From: Gekko japonicus
Taxonomy: Eukaryota
Reading direction: 5' to 3'
Length of the DNA stretch: 64,000 bases
Assembly: GCF_001447785.1 (NCBI RefSeq)
Contig: NW_015171513.1
Coordinates: 507,853 to 571,852 of the forward strand
Below are positions 63,005 through 64,000 of the stretch, piece after piece; position 1 is the first letter of the stretch, and each line of letters begins with the position of its first letter. Both the position numbers and the translations under genes were made by a program. Below the pieces are notes generated by a model. The model was given only the letters and a program-made list of their open reading frames with translations. It was not told the origin of the DNA and did not search any database.

Positions 63005-63322
63005 TTACTTCTTTGTTCAGGGCATTTTCCTCCCTCTTCTGCAAGCTTTAGTTTTAAAACTTCCCGATCAAGTCTGAACAGCTCTCCACAGACACATTCT
63101 TTCAATTCTTTGTGAGATGCACCCCATCTCTTGTAAGCTGTTTGTTATTATGGTCTTGTAGGCTATAGTACCAGAAACTAAACCCTTTCATGTAAAACCA
63201 TCTGCATAGCTAGCTGTTTGTCGCTAGTATTCTGCTTTTACTATTCTACTCAGAGCCTTTGGAGATACATTATACATTTCTGATACAATGTCATTCATTC
63301 TGTCATGGGTCAGCAGGAATGG

Positions 63323-63336
63323 NNNNNNNNNNNNNN
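63323..63336. other. Assembly gap
   Basis: Run of N. Confidence 1.
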
Positions 63337-64000
63337 GTGGTCGGTTGGGTCCCTTTTGAAGAGGAAGGGCGAGTATAAATTCTAAAAAACCCCAGCAACT
63401 ACTAGTTCTGGATCTGCCTGTTCCTTTCATACACACAAAAAGTTCTGGTTCTGTCCGCACTGACCTTGCATCCCCCCCCCCCGGAAGTGTATTCTGTGAC
63501 CATAAGGCTAATGAAAATCATTACACTATTTCATCTTACATTCTTAAATTTACTTTTGCTGTGTATTCTGTATCAAACTAGGTTGTCAAAAGAGATCCAA
63601 CGTACAATGGGCTGTACAGTTTGCACCTGAAAAAACATGCAAAAATATGCTAACCATATAGAAGTCATGTTGGAAACCAATTCAGAGATGTTCCTATGCA
63701 TATAATTTAAAATATAGTCATATGGTTGAATGTTCAGAAATCGTCTAATTTTGACTTGTAATCTATATTAATTTAGTTTTGTCTGAGCAACTTATTTCAC
63801 TCAAAGTGGCATACTTTCTACCTGGGAGACTGTATTATCAGGAGGCATGCTTGATGTACAGGGGTAATTTACAAACACAAATGCTAACTATGGAAGAACC
63901 TTATACCCTAACATATATGGAGATTTGGTTCTGTACACAGATCCCCTTCATAGATATGATCTGTACACAAATAATTTAATTCTGTTTCTGCCTATAGATT

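Overview
This is vertebrate DNA, almost certainly from a gecko: it carries about ten copies of a Squam3-type tRNA/MIR-derived SINE plus a BovB LINE. The window looks intronic or intergenic, has five N-gaps, and contains no host protein-coding exon I can support. It is mostly transposable elements: L1, BovB, RTE-X, L2, CR1, Penelope-like elements (PLEs), an internally deleted DIRS, solo LTRs, hAT and Harbinger MITEs, and non-autonomous Helitrons. Four signals stand out. (1) PLE terminal repeats carry hammerhead ribozyme (HHR) motifs: two intact canonical minimal ones, and a two-copy extended type-I fold with a non-canonical U3-A8 core inside an unrecognised inverted-repeat element. (2) A 78-bp CYP26A1-like intron/exon fragment is captured inside a Penelope endonuclease. 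(3) A five-level nest L2>hAT>DIRS>PLE>L1 can be resolved from target-site duplications (TSDs) and terminal repeats. (4) The CpG-island-like region at 21.7-22.4 kb is better explained as a young Helitron. All family names come from motif recognition by eye; no searches were run.
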